A stretch of 64,000 bases of DNA, from positions 1-64,000 of the forward strand of contig JAVECO010000092.1 of assembly GCA_051942205.1 (NCBI GenBank), in the 5' to 3' direction. The notes under the pieces were generated by a model. It was not told the DNA's origin and did not search any database. It saw only the letters and a program-made list of their open reading frames with translations. This document shows, one piece after another, positions 1 to 11,820 of this stretch (positions within the stretch are counted from its first letter, which is position 1; each line of letters opens with the position of its first letter). This DNA is from Coniocarpon cinnabarinum. Lineage: Eukaryota. Position numbers and translations under genes: made by a program.

Positions 1-355
1 AATAATACTTAAACTATTTATATTACTTAATTAGATAATAATACTATTACTATAAAGCTTTACTATATTAATATCTACTAGCTTTAAATATATTAAAAAG
101 TAAAAGTAAGTAATCTTATTATTTAATAGATTAGTATAAAAAATTTAGCTATTAATAGTTTTATAAAGCTTTTAAAATACTAATAATTTAACTAATTTAT
201 CTATTATCTAAATTTAACTTTCTAAATAGAAAATTATATAAGAATTAGCTAAATTTAATAAAATATAGTACTTTTTAATATCTCTAAAGGCTTTAAAAAG
301 ATATATTAAAAAATTTAGTAGTTATAAGTTAATTACTATATATAGAAGGTAATAA
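1..355. repeat. AT-rich, RIP-degenerated repeat or transposon relic running off the left edge
   Basis: Extremely AT-rich and TpA-rich. By eye there is no CpA, TpG or CpG before ~357, the classic outcome of repeat-induced point mutation. Composition returns to about balanced GC by ~450. The element family is not recognisable. Confidence 0.8.
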
Positions 356-1468
356 GGCACTCCTATTCTTAGGGGTCCTTAGACTTCTTGCTACTTAACA
401 GATAGTCAACTAATCAATAATTATCACCACATCTTTATTTAGACAGCCGTTCATAACAAGATCCGGCAATGTAATCCTTGCTGCAAACGCGATGTCTGGA
501 TCACGTGACTACATCACGTGAATGGAAATCTCGGCCCGAACACATCACGGCAGGGTACCTTCATGCCCGGGCGTGATCATGTCGCAGATGCTACAGCCTC
601 CTGACCATATCATCTAGTAGAGTTTTCGGGCATTTACAAGTGTCTTCGGTCCGGAACTTGAATTGTGAACGCAATTGCGAACAAGCAACTACTGCAATGA
701 TCTGATTGTGTGAGTATTGTTCTCAACTTCCATCACAGATCCTTGCTGTGCGGCTATTGACAGCTGTCTAGTTGTATAGCTCTGCAGCCTGAACATATAG
801 CATCTCTGTGCACTGCATGCGTCGATGATGTATATACGGGTGAATGGTGGCCCTCTCAGCAAGTTCGCCAAACCCCATGTCACAACGCAGGAGAAGACGG
901 CAGTTCTTTCGATCGCCTGCAAATACTGTCACGAGTCTATCGGGCATAATTGCGCTGCATTAGCGGGCTGCCGCAGCCTTCAGAGGCTGTTCGATTGGTC
1001 ATTAGCCGTCATAGTCCGGCCCCGATCCATCAACACGGCATATGGGCACGATGACATGCTCATGCGCCCCTATGTTGATGCCTTGTGCTCCGCATTCAGC
1101 CAAACATCTACTACAAGTGTCTTCACTGCGAATCATGAGCATCCTGAAACATGACAGATTCCCACTCTGCCCTGCAGCCTAGCCTTTCCTGATGAGCGAG
1201 GTCCTTTACAGGCCATGTCTCGACTATAATTAGAGTTACATTGCATGCTTATGGACACTTTGAATTGAAACATTGGTCAATTTATTTAGATCTCCGCCGT
1301 TTTTTCTTTCATTCCTATAACAAATTCATCGCGTCGGTACTTGCTCTGCACTGTTCTTTCGATATTGAAGGACCCTCGTTCGCGTCTTGCTTCGTTCCCT
1401 GATCTCTACTTTGAGACTGAAAACCCTCAGTAATTTGCCAGCATTCGGGGTCATTACAGTACTTTTCG

Positions 1469-3355
1469 ATGCCTTCGACAAGGCCGGGGTCTAATGACAA
1501 GCCAAATCCCACCAATCGCAAGAAAGACCATGTGACGCTCTTCAACGGAAACCCAAATCAAGTTTGGTGGGGAAGGACTGTTGATTGGACAATAGAAATA
1601 CTTCATGGTGATGTGGAGGAGCTCTGCTACCGCCGCGTCAGCAGTGGTATTGGTGGAGCCAAAGCTGGCAAATGGCAGTCGTATCATGAAGCGCTGCGAA
1701 AAGGGCGCGGTAAACCTCCAGACCTCCCAGCTACAGTGCGTGAATGGGAGATAAAGCAGTTGAATGAGGAAGAGTCTATCAGGGTGCCGTCGCAGAGAGC
1801 CTCAACGGAAAGTGAACGTCATGGCGCGCAGCAGAGTGCTGGGCAGCACAGTGCGGACGAAGAACCATCGCAGAGTAATCTATGGCAACATGCCAATACC
1901 TTTGAAGACCAGGCCAACGTGTGGTCGAACTTCTATCCAGAAGGTGACCATACAACACATGGCTTCTTTTATGAGGCTTACCAGAGCATCCGGCATCCTG
2001 GGGTCTTTACGTCACCGGCCCGTGGGTCGTACATGAACACAGATGAATCAGCTCCACATGCTTCAGAGGGGCTTCACAGTATGTTCGAGCGAGTGCATCT
2101 AGGCGGCCAAGAACCGCATGACTACGACGAGCACTCAGCCTATCCGCCAGAGCAGAGTAGTCAACGTCCCGATGATGAGCCACCAAAATCTCGTTGGAAA
2201 GGAAAATCTACCAATCGACAGCGCAGTGCGCGTCACAAAACGCGCTTTTTTACACGTCAAGATACCTCAGGCTCATCTGATGTTGAGCGAATCGTTACGC
2301 CAAAACACAAGGCTGGTACTCGGCCACGGAGAAAACATCGCCACCGTTATCCCAGTGAGCCTGCCCATCGGCGGCGACCTGATAGCGATGATTCTTTTCA
2401 GCAGCAAAAAACAGAGCGACAGGCGCCACGCCGTGATGACAGCGATGACTCGTCTGAGCCACCAAGACGACAGCGACAGTCGCAGCAGCTTTATGATAGC
2501 GATGACTCGTTCCAGCAGCCTAAACGAGATCGACACAAGGACAAGAGGAGCGAACGAGAAGAAAAGCGCGAGCGCAGAAGGACAGCAAAAGAGAATCGTC
2601 GTCAACATATGGGAACTGCCACTGAAGAAGCTTATGCTTCACAGAGGTCGACAACGGAAGATCGTCGTCGACACTCGGGCGAATCCGCCGGGAACCGACA
2701 GCAGCGTGAAAGATTGCATCTGGATCAATCAAATGTACGTGTCTACCTTAGGTTCCTCGATGAGAAATTCCACGACGCCGGTGAAATTGTAGAGCTCTTA
2801 GACTTATATGGTGATGTCAATGCCGTTTTGGATTGGGGTACAAGACGTTACTTGGAGCACTATCCACGATTAGTGCTTCGCAATGGACCTAACGGCTCAA
2901 TGAGTGCAACCAAACAGCAGATCCTACACGGAGCCGAAGAAGATCTGCGAGCATACTTTGGGTTGCACGTTTCGCAGCCCCCTCACCACGTGTCTAGCCA
3001 CTCCATTGAGCAAGCGCACAAGCCGTTGGAAAATCGTTCCAAAATTGTTTGGGAGTCTTCACATTCATTGCGAAGGGGTGGTATCACGGTCAGGTCAGCC
3101 GCTCCAGACTGGCATCTTAGCTTCCTCATGGACGAAGCCCAGCGTGACCAAGCGGACTGGATTATGGAAGAGGGTGTGAGGTACTTGGCGAGGATAGTTG
3201 ATCTGGGTGGTCATGGAAGGGCGAGTGACGCAAGGAGGATGTGCCACTTTTACGGGCTTACGTGGGACGCGACCGTTTTGCGAAGGATGTGCGAAATATT
3301 CCGGGCGGGCCCGCAGGAGTACCGTGACAAGTGCCCCATAGAGTGGGATATATGA
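1469..3355 (+). CDS. Hypothetical protein, 628 aa, with a low-complexity R/S/D/Q/H-rich centre and DSDDS repeats
   Basis: Long uninterrupted ATG-initiated ORF. Three copies of DSDDS(F/S) at ~2381, ~2438 and ~2495. No recognised domain. Confidence 0.7.
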   Translation: MPSTRPGSNDKPNPTNRKKDHVTLFNGNPNQVWWGRTVDWTIEILHGDVEELCYRRVSSGIGGAKAGKWQSYHEALRKGRGKPPDLPATVREWEIKQLNEEESIRVPSQRASTESERHGAQQSAGQHSADEEPSQSNLWQHANTFEDQANVWSNFYPEGDHTTHGFFYEAYQSIRHPGVFTSPARGSYMNTDESAPHASEGLHSMFERVHLGGQEPHDYDEHSAYPPEQSSQRPDDEPPKSRWKGKSTNRQRSARHKTRFFTRQDTSGSSDVERIVTPKHKAGTRPRRKHRHRYPSEPAHRRRPDSDDSFQQQKTERQAPRRDDSDDSSEPPRRQRQSQQLYDSDDSFQQPKRDRHKDKRSEREEKRERRRTAKENRRQHMGTATEEAYASQRSTTEDRRRHSGESAGNRQQRERLHLDQSNVRVYLRFLDEKFHDAGEIVELLDLYGDVNAVLDWGTRRYLEHYPRLVLRNGPNGSMSATKQQILHGAEEDLRAYFGLHVSQPPHHVSSHSIEQAHKPLENRSKIVWESSHSLRRGGITVRSAAPDWHLSFLMDEAQRDQADWIMEEGVRYLARIVDLGGHGRASDARRMCHFYGLTWDATVLRRMCEIFRAGPQEYRDKCPIEWDI

Positions 3356-3711
3356 TGGCAGGAAGGTCTTGGCAAGGATTCTGGGCTTTAGATGCGAAGT
3401 CCGTAGCACAATGGAGTGCAATGATCGAGGGAATCTCCAGCATACGCCCATTAAGCGACTTGGGTTGCCAGAAGAGACAAAAATAACAGCGGTTGCCAGA
3501 CTTTATATCTCGTTACAGCAAGGCGCAAGTCTAGGCAATGAGTCTTCAGATTGAGGAAACATCAGGAACCTGTGTCTCAGGCATGATGGCGAAGGTCCTC
3601 ATTACCCTGTGAAGCATTGAATTGGATTCTGGAAGTAGCTCAAATTGTGTCGGTCTCTCAGTAGCTGCGAGCGAGCTTCTTCGGAAGGTTTAAGTTTGGG
3701 GTATCCATGCT

Positions 3712-4347
3712 TCAGACTAAGCCACGGCGTCCGGAGCGGCGGCTTGCAGGAAGCAGCGGGGGTCCGTCCTCGTCTTCGTCTGCATCCTCGTTGGTCGGTT
3801 CGAGGACAGGTTGGCGACGGCGTTTGAGCGCCGAGCTGTGCATAACGGTCGTGATATCTTCTCTGTGGAAACGTGTGCCCCAGCGGTCCGCAAATGCTTG
3901 GTCCCTCAATGCGAGATTCTCCAAAAAGTCGGCATAACGGCAGATAGGACCATTGAGCGGCCCACGACCGGGCTCGATATTGAATTGAGCCGTGCGCCAC
4001 GCTCCAGAGAGTACATAGCTTTTGCATGACGCTTTGCCCTCGAGCGACTCCAATGCTGTAACATTGTTCCTGCTCGGAAGAGTAATACATCCAGGATGAT
4101 AGGTATGGATGTGACGCCGCAGTGCTGGCTGGTCAATGAATTTTTGACCGCACATGGGACCTCCAGGCTGCATCTCGATCATACAGACGCCCAAATTCGT
4201 CTTTGCCAAATCCAACCTTGGATTGGGGATTTGAGATTCATATGACCGAATCCAATTATTTAGTGTCATGCCTGGAGGACATTGAGGCGGTTGAAAGCCT
4301 TGGTTTGGGTTGTGTACGGGTCCCGTGTGGATCCCGAATTGAGACAC
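3712..4347 (-). CDS. Small protein with one C2H2-type zinc finger
   Basis: Motif C-x10-CGQKFIDQPALRRHIHTYH and a basic patch KRRR. The ORF track starts at a GTG; the first in-frame ATG is 4269, so the true start is uncertain. Confidence 0.55.
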   Translation of the reverse strand: MSQFGIHTGPVHNPNQGFQPPQCPPGMTLNNWIRSYESQIPNPRLDLAKTNLGVCMIEMQPGGPMCGQKFIDQPALRRHIHTYHPGCITLPSRNNVTALESLEGKASCKSYVLSGAWRTAQFNIEPGRGPLNGPICRYADFLENLALRDQAFADRWGTRFHREDITTVMHSSALKRRRQPVLEPTNEDADEDEDGPPLLPASRRSGRRGLV

Positions 4348-4784
4348 GGGGCTTGCAGCCGCAACGAGTTGATTCTCGAACGATTCGCGAGTAGGACCTC
4401 GTCATGCCAAGACGGCATGCTGTGAGCATATGCTGAGCCTATTAGCCCTGCAAGAAGATTTCGTGTTACAACTCTTACCTTTGGAATCTGCACTGGTGCT
4501 ATGAGCATCTGTCGGACTGTCTAGTGGACTCTATTCGCGTTCACTTTGACTGATGTGTTTAAATTCAAGCATCTGGACAACAACATTCAGTTTTCTGCGT
4601 GCACCAAAAGCAAAGGAAGTGGATTCGCAGAGGCCTAGTCGGATTATTTAAACTCCGGGAGACTTGCGCTCGCGTAAAACTTCCACATAGCTTTCACTGC
4701 GCGCTAAGGTCCTGCTACGAAGGCTAGTAGACAATTGAAAGAACCGCAGCAGGAAACGTCCTGATGTGAAAACATGATGCGCTA

Positions 4785-6065
4785 ATGGACACACGAAATG
4801 GCTCGGCGCAAAATCACGCATCCGAGTCCCATCAGCTCAGCCAACAGCATCAGCCCCAAAAATCACTTGATACTGATCCACAAGCTCCAACATCTATCAC
4901 ATCTGAGGCGTTTAAGCCTCCTCCAGATTCCTCCGACTCCAGACCATTCCTCGACGCCCTGCACAAAGCTGGCGACTCGTCACTTCCCGACTTTACTGAG
5001 ATTGTCCGCGCTGGTGTCCTCTCCAAGTTAATCCTCTGCCTCTCCTCTACTGACCACGACGTTCTTTCTCAAGCTTTGTCCAACATCAATGCTCTTTGTA
5101 CGAAGCTGAGTCATCCCAGAGCCGAGACTCAATGTCCTTCATCCAAGCAGCTCTGGCTTCTCCTGGGCATCCTCACGAATTCAGTGCAGACCGTTCATGG
5201 CAACCGAAGTGGCAACCCCCATTCCTCATTGACATCGCTCCCATATACCGTGACCACCTTCGCCGCGCTTGCTGCTCCTATCCTGACGGAAGCCACGCAT
5301 CCTTTGTATGAGCAGATCAATACCTTTCTACTCCGGGCACCAGTGTTCGAAGAATCCAAGATCCTGGGCCATTGGCTGCACCACACACTTCGCGCGCCGC
5401 CCACTGACTTCCGCAATCCGCCCAGACCTCAAGGCATTTCCGAACCAAATGTTCAAGCCGACGACCTTGAACTGAGCTCATGGGTGACGCAACGGCCTCT
5501 GCCTCTCACATGCTTGGCAGAGCTGCCGTATCCGAAAGACCCTTATCACACGAGTGTGCACTTCATGCTGTCATACTTGTATCATGCGATACGAACGTCA
5601 GAAGACCTCGATTTGGCGAGGGCTTCAAACGCGCTCGAGGCGGTGCTCGCAGTCGCAGGATCTGATGTTTTCCTGCCGCGAGGTCTGCGGGAGCTAGCCA
5701 TGGCCATTCTGTGGCGCATTACGAGTATCGAAGGCGGCAGCACAACGCTGATCACCCGCGCTGGTGTTGTACCCTGGTTATGCGGACTGGTGTACACTCG
5801 CGGTGTGGGCAAGAGCGCTGTAGACCTTGTGGGTTCTTCGGGGTTGAGACAGTTGGCCAAGAGGATCTGGGAGACTTGTGATCAGCCTTCGATGAGTGCG
5901 TGGGATGGTGGCAATTTGAGGGAGAGCGCGGGAGAAGGAACTGAGCAGGCGACGCGTGATGGGGCTCGGTACGGCGTTGAAAGGATGGCGCAGGATGCCG
6001 TGGAATACCGCAGAATTGATAGTGGCAAACAGCCCGTCGGACAAGCGGTCATCGACGAGAAATAG
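4785..6065 (+). CDS. Stand-alone URB1/Npa1 C-terminal (NopRA1-like) domain protein, 426 aa
   Basis: HPLYEQINTFLLRAP, YLYHAIRTSEDLDL and GGSTTLITRAGVVPWL resemble the C-terminus of fungal Npa1/Urb1. The N-terminal Npa1 domain is absent. Confidence 0.65.
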   Translation: MDTRNGSAQNHASESHQLSQQHQPQKSLDTDPQAPTSITSEAFKPPPDSSDSRPFLDALHKAGDSSLPDFTEIVRAGVLSKLILCLSSTDHDVLSQALSNINALCTKLSHPRAETQCPSSKQLWLLLGILTNSVQTVHGNRSGNPHSSLTSLPYTVTTFAALAAPILTEATHPLYEQINTFLLRAPVFEESKILGHWLHHTLRAPPTDFRNPPRPQGISEPNVQADDLELSSWVTQRPLPLTCLAELPYPKDPYHTSVHFMLSYLYHAIRTSEDLDLARASNALEAVLAVAGSDVFLPRGLRELAMAILWRITSIEGGSTTLITRAGVVPWLCGLVYTRGVGKSAVDLVGSSGLRQLAKRIWETCDQPSMSAWDGGNLRESAGEGTEQATRDGARYGVERMAQDAVEYRRIDSGKQPVGQAVIDEK

Positions 6066-6738
6066 CACGGTCATGGCGGCGAACGCCCTTTTTGACTCAA
6101 ACCAAATGGAATTACTGTGTGAAAACACGCTGGAAGCTATAATACTATGGATTTATGAGTGAAGAGCCCTCATACTTAGGAAAATTCTGCTAAAAATCAC
6201 AGAAGACTCAGGCAAAACTCGTCTGAGGATCATTTCCCGTGGAATTGAACTATCGAACACTGCTGTTCGCTCAAAGAATAGAAAACCACTCTAAAAGCAG
6301 ATCACAAATTTGCAATCTCGCTTTAAAAATGTCGATATCCAAGATACTTCGATAAAGTACGACATTTTGGTGCATATGTCGGATACGAAAGTGCTGCGGA
6401 TGAAATTCAAAAAAAAAAAAAGTTAAGAAATAGCCTACACTATGCGCGAATACTACCCTTCATTTTGCGAAAGTGACGCAAAACTCTAGAAAGTGGGTTT
6501 TCAGGGCGGAATTGACGTGTGGCGAAACGCTGTTGTCAATCATCGAGTTTCAGGTTTCGGCAAACAGCGCATCGCACGTGTGATATTGCGGGCGCATGTC
6601 TGCGAGTAGGCCGGCGAACGATTCAGCGCTGTTTGAGCGCCGAAATATGCGAGGGCAACGGACTGCAGCTGTGCATATAAATCACCTGCAGGATACCTGG
6701 CTGGTCTGCAATCATTTTTCAAACATCTTTCGCACAAT

Positions 6739-7487
6739 ATGGCAACCATTGATCTCACTCAGTACAGCGTTCTACCAATCCTTCCTGATGACAAGGACAA
6801 CGAACATTTGAGGGAGCAAATGATGGAAAGACTCCTTGACAAAGAAGCGGAACACCCCGCGTGGAACAAGGCAAGAGACCCCGATGGATCGGGCTTGAAA
6901 GAAGCGGCCAAACAGCTTCTCCAAGAAGTCTTTCTGGAGGATGAACTCAGATCCAAAATACAAGACATCCTTGCGTGGCAACTAATCAGGAACGATGATC
7001 CAGAAACGATGTTATCCCTTCAAATCTACTCCTGGCATCCAATGTTTTACAAGGAGGAGAAAGGCGCTGGGTTCTACAAGCAAATGCTTCAAGACTTGGA
7101 TAAGGAGCATGTAAATAAGCGCAAAGACGATGCTCATTGGAGTTAGTCCCAAAGCATTACCGGTCTGTGGCCTATCATTAACACTTTATAGGACATCGCT
7201 TCTTCAATCTTCCAAAGACGTTGCGAGGAACAGGGCTCGGGGACAAGTTGATGGCCCACTCAATGCGGGTCGTACTCGAAAAGCACAACGCTCCGATCCT
7301 CGCTACCATCGCCACTGAGGACGGCCATGGCGTTTTCAAGAAGTATCATTATTATCAGATCCCACATCAGCCCGAGAAAGAGTTGCGGTATTATTGGTGT
7401 GAAAAGGAAGAGATAACTATTCTCACTCTGAACGATCTGGAGAGAGGGGAGAGAAACGTAGTGACCGAACTGAGGCCGCCGTATTGA
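6739..7487 (+). CDS. GNAT-family N-acetyltransferase-like protein, ~232 aa; exons 6739-7141, 7192-7487
   Basis: Intron GTTAGT(7142)...TATAG(7191) joins the two ORFs in frame. Acetyl-CoA motif A-like LRGTGLGDKLM and motif B-like ATEDGHGVFKKYHY. Confidence 0.6.
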
Positions 7488-8030
7488 AGAGTAATTTTCG
7501 TATTGCAGGAGTGCGGGCATACCTGCTGTGCGATAGGTGGTCAGCTTGTAGATCGAACGTGGATCATTCATCACAAATTCTTTCCTTGAGCTGAAGACCC
7601 AATGACTTTCTTCCCTCCCGCCTCTTTGTTCTGGGTACTCCTGCTGGACTTACTGCAGCGTCAACGGTCTCTCATTCACGACGGTCTGAAGTCCGGCTTA
7701 GAAACAACTAAATCGCGTTCCAGTGATGGCAATCGCCGCAGATGCATGAGGACATGCTCTGAGATCTTGAAAGGTCAAGAAACATACCGTTTCTTACAAC
7801 ATCTTCTGCTACATGCAAGTGCCAAGAGCTCCTAGTAAGTCTAATCTGGTGCATTGAGATGACAACCGAGTCGATCTTAACACCTCTCAAGTGCTCAACT
7901 GATGGAGTGTCCAAGAGGCCCTGCGCTGGGTTCTAGCGTTGCGCCGACATCTTGGGCTGATGACGATGACGTTCGCGTCTGGTGCTCGTCATGCGAGCTA
8001 TGAACATTTGGAAGACGTAGGCAAGTGTTG

Positions 8031-11000
8031 TCAACTACGTGAAAGCGGCAAGACCGTTCGGGGAAGCACCCAGAGTCCATGTATTGTGAACGCCGCCCAG
8101 TGAAACGGCGATGGTCGTCCTGGTCTCTTTTTCAGTTCTAACAAAGCATGTCTCACTGCCTTTGCAACTGCCAGCCCCTCTTCTATACCGGACTCTGTGA
8201 ACCTTTCTGACCTCCTCAACGCTGCATAGAACTCCTCTGCGAACGCGATGCCATCTTCGTCCTCAATAGGCCACAAGGACGACACAACGGCCCCTGCTCC
8301 TGCAAAAAACTGCGCCGTTGACCAGCCAAGGACGTCATCCGTCTTCGAGACGAGCGAGACTCCACTTCCACAACCGATAAGAACGGAGAGGGCCAAAGGT
8401 GCGAGACGAATCTTGAAGAAGTCGCGTGGTGTCAGCGTTTCACGATTGGGACCAATGGAGCGAGTGAAAGCAGCTTCGTTGAGCAGCATCGTTGCATCTA
8501 GTGCTGATGCTGGGCTGGAGTTGATGTGACCATGATAATGGAAGAGCGCGGCGTCCTTGACGGATTCAAGTACGGCCGCTTTCTGAAGGCTGAAGCCGGA
8601 TCGGAGGGTGGCATCAATGTCGTGTGCTAGGTCAGGGATTTTGGTAGAGGACTTGACAGGGTCGCCGCTTGGCCAGAGTGCCGGCATCGGGTTGATCAGA
8701 GTACGCTTGTGCTTTGGAGCGTCCCCAGCTGGCCGATCCAGGTATTGTTGCCAAAGGTGTGATAATAAAGTCAAGCTATGAGTGTAGACGACTGCATTAC
8801 GCTCGATTAGAGATTTGCCGTCGACCGGTATCGCATGGATCGGCACACGATTTAAAGAGCCTGTGGGACAGATAATCACGATATCGTTTGCTTTGATGAT
8901 GGCCTCTTGGTCGTCTTCTGCAACCAAAAGGGGACCCAAAAGGCCAGACAATTGCTCAAGATGCTGCCCTGAGTCCTTGCCATATAGTTCATTATGCCTC
9001 GTCACTCGCGGTGCATCAAGGTTCTCGAGCACCCATTTGTCAATCTTTTCTTGGTCAACATCCGGCATTTTGATAACAGACGTCGCTTGTTCGCGACGAT
9101 GTACGATCGCGACAACACGCGCACCAGCTTGAGCATATGATAAATAGATGAAGTCGACCACAACGACATTGCTTGGGAACATCTTGATAGCCTCCAAAAA
9201 GACGTTAGACTTGTCTTGGACTATGTTAACGCTGGCATCCGAGACCTCCAATGCTTCACGCAGGGGCATAAGGTCGTTCAGTGATCTACCTTCAGTGGAT
9301 GGCTCCACACTGTGTTCAGAGTTCTGAGCAATCTCCATAGCGTCGGCAAATGCTCTTCCCTTTGCACGTACAGACCATTGGACGAGTTCTTCTGCAACCG
9401 AAGTTTCTTTGCCTTTCACAACCCCATAATGCTGCGAATCGAAAGCTGCGACCAATGCTGCAAAAGCCCATTCGTAATGTTGACGTTGAAAATACTCTTC
9501 TGACATTTTTGCGCTGGCGACGAGATCGTCAGAAGTGTCTAGATTGTTTATTAGTTTGCGGATCTTGACGAAGAGCTCTTCAGCTTTCTCGGCATATGGC
9601 ATAATATCCATGGGATCCAGACTGCAAAAATGTACGTATTGCTGCCAGTGTAACTCAAGAAGCTTAGTTGTTGCACTGTACTCGTGCACCCAATTTTGGT
9701 TTTGATGATGACTGCGAATCAGTTCCTGACACTGTGATATCGCAATCTCCAGCTCGTTGGCCTGTATCAGCTTAGCTCCTGGCGATGAGATGGCAAAGCA
9801 TTTCAGCAGAGTTTTGTGTATTGACACCCAAGCGCCATGTTCGCCGCCAGTAAGAACGCTGCCATTCTGGGCAGCTTCCAGACGAACAATTCGATCTATC
9901 GTTCCTGTCTCTTCTAGCAAAGTTTGCGCTTCCAACGCAGTAGGCAGAGAGTTTTGTTGTATAAAGAAAAGTCTCACGCGCTGGCCCCGGCTTCGAGCAA
10001 TTACCATCAGAACAAACAGTCTAGCATCCAATGAAGCTAGTTGCTCGGAGGCAAGTGCCCAATCCTGGATGCGGTTGTAGACTTTCCAAAATTGCCGACT
10101 CTTGTTTGGCTGATCGACAGGCCCGTACGCGAAACGGCCTACATTGGAGACCTCCACCTCGTCATTTACAAAACTTTGGGCATTCTGAGTAGTCAGAGCT
10201 TCCATCTCTGGCCCAAAAAGGAGCTGACACTGTCTTGGTGACATTTGAGCCTTCTCGACTTGCCCAGCCGCCCAGTGCAGTAAGACCTTCATAGCATTCA
10301 AACCCCATTCAACAAATGTTTCATCTTCGGTGATGATCTCGCGTTGGACAGCTTCGCGGTCTGATATTCTGTTGTCGACATATTCACCATCTTCTCTGAA
10401 ATTGCACAAGCGCAACGACTGCTTTCGCTTCTTAGAAAAGATCCACTTCTTTTCGCCCAGGTTCAGGTGCCGCGCTGCACCCGTTGCAAGATCGTAAGCC
10501 CGCTCAAGCATTCTAGGGATCTCAAACCTTGCTTGTCGAGCCGCGAAGGCTTCTAGCTCTAGAATGACAGTGGCGAAGTCATGGTACCGGATCGATAGGA
10601 AAGACATATAATGGATGACAGCAGCTGCGTCAAAGAATGCCATCCGAGTTCGATCGCGATGCAAGTTTTGAAAAGATTCATGGGCATTTTGCAGGCTTGA
10701 AAGGGCTTCAGGAGCGTCTGGAGTTCCTCTGGATTTCAAATACCATTCTTCAGCCACGTTCAGGATTGTCATGTTTATCCGGTTGGTCATGGTAAAATTA
10801 CCTTGCGAGATGGTGCGCTCAGCAAGTTGACGTAGCTCTTCCAACTTGGTTGAAGTGCTGTTTGTTGATTTCAATATGATGGACTTTGACATGTCTGCAG
10901 CCATTACAGGGACGTAGTCCTCCCAGCTGCGAAAATGATCGGGGCAGATAGAACTCAAAATACCTTTGACTTGGTTGTGTAGTTGCGCCGCCATCGGTGG

Positions 11001-11820
11001 CATGACCCGCTCGAGGGTTGTCGCAATCGATCTCTTCAGAACAGCACTTCGGAAATGAAGTGGCAGGGGCATGGTTGGCTGAGTCAGAACATCACACATC
11101 CTGAGACCAGCAATCACAGCACCTTGCATGCCAGATGCGGGTGTGTTATTGAGCTCTAGTTGCATCAGGGTGGCAGCAAGCCGCCATTCGTTGCGAGACT
11201 GAAGATCCTCGCGCAAGCTTTTAAGCTCGGCATGTAAATCACCGTTAAACCCCTCAAAAACACATATGTCTGTTGGCGCAATAAAATTGGATTGGTCTCG
11301 AAACGCATCAACGACGGTATGAAATAGCGTCGCACATCGTATCTGCTGCTTGTTAGCTTACTTTTTGATTGCTCTTTTGAGCGCTTCTCCAAGATACCTC
11401 CACGTCGCAAAGGTTTGAGAGGCCACGTTTCCGGAGGGCTTGTCGTATGCGTGGAAGCAGGTCAAGAGCCTCTTGCATGATTCCGAAGGCCCAGAATTTC
11501 GCATCTGCTAGCATGAATTGTAGAAGAAGGTCAATGTTATTATCGTTATTATTTTCCCCTTCTGCTGCTGCCAGCGTTGTCTCAAGCAGTTTGATCCGTT
11601 CGTGCTCCATTCCATGCATGTTAAGCATGTCCGCACGCTGCAGCGCAACGATGGGCTGCGTCGCAAATGAAGGCAATTCAGAGTCGAAAATCGACTCAGC
11701 ATCATGGAGTCGACCACAATAAAGTGCAGCGGCCGCTCGTTCAAGTGCAAGACGCTGTTCATCAGTGGACAAAGAGGACAAGAGAGACGGATATGCCGTC
11801 CATGTCCATTGTCTTTGCAT
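8031..11820 (-). CDS. CHAT-domain (caspase/HetF-like) cysteine protease with a long helical, TPR-like N-terminus, ~1245 aa; exons 11820-11398, 11345/11342-8031
   Basis: CHAT motifs IICPTGSLNRVPIHAI, FHYHGH (catalytic His), VLIGCGSG (catalytic Cys), VVSSLWPIED..FAEEFY and SPFHWAAFTIHG. Intron GTATCT(11397), branch GCTAAC and a CAGCAG acceptor join the 155-aa and 1061-aa ORFs in frame. Confidence 0.9.

Noticed and set aside
1..380. Telomere or mitochondrial insertion
   Set aside because: No (TTAGGG)n/(CCCTAA)n array, only an isolated TTAGGG near 369. CpA/TpG depletion fits RIP better.
6409..6422. Poly-A run as a retrocopy tail
   Set aside because: No flanking target-site duplication seen; ordinary homopolymer.
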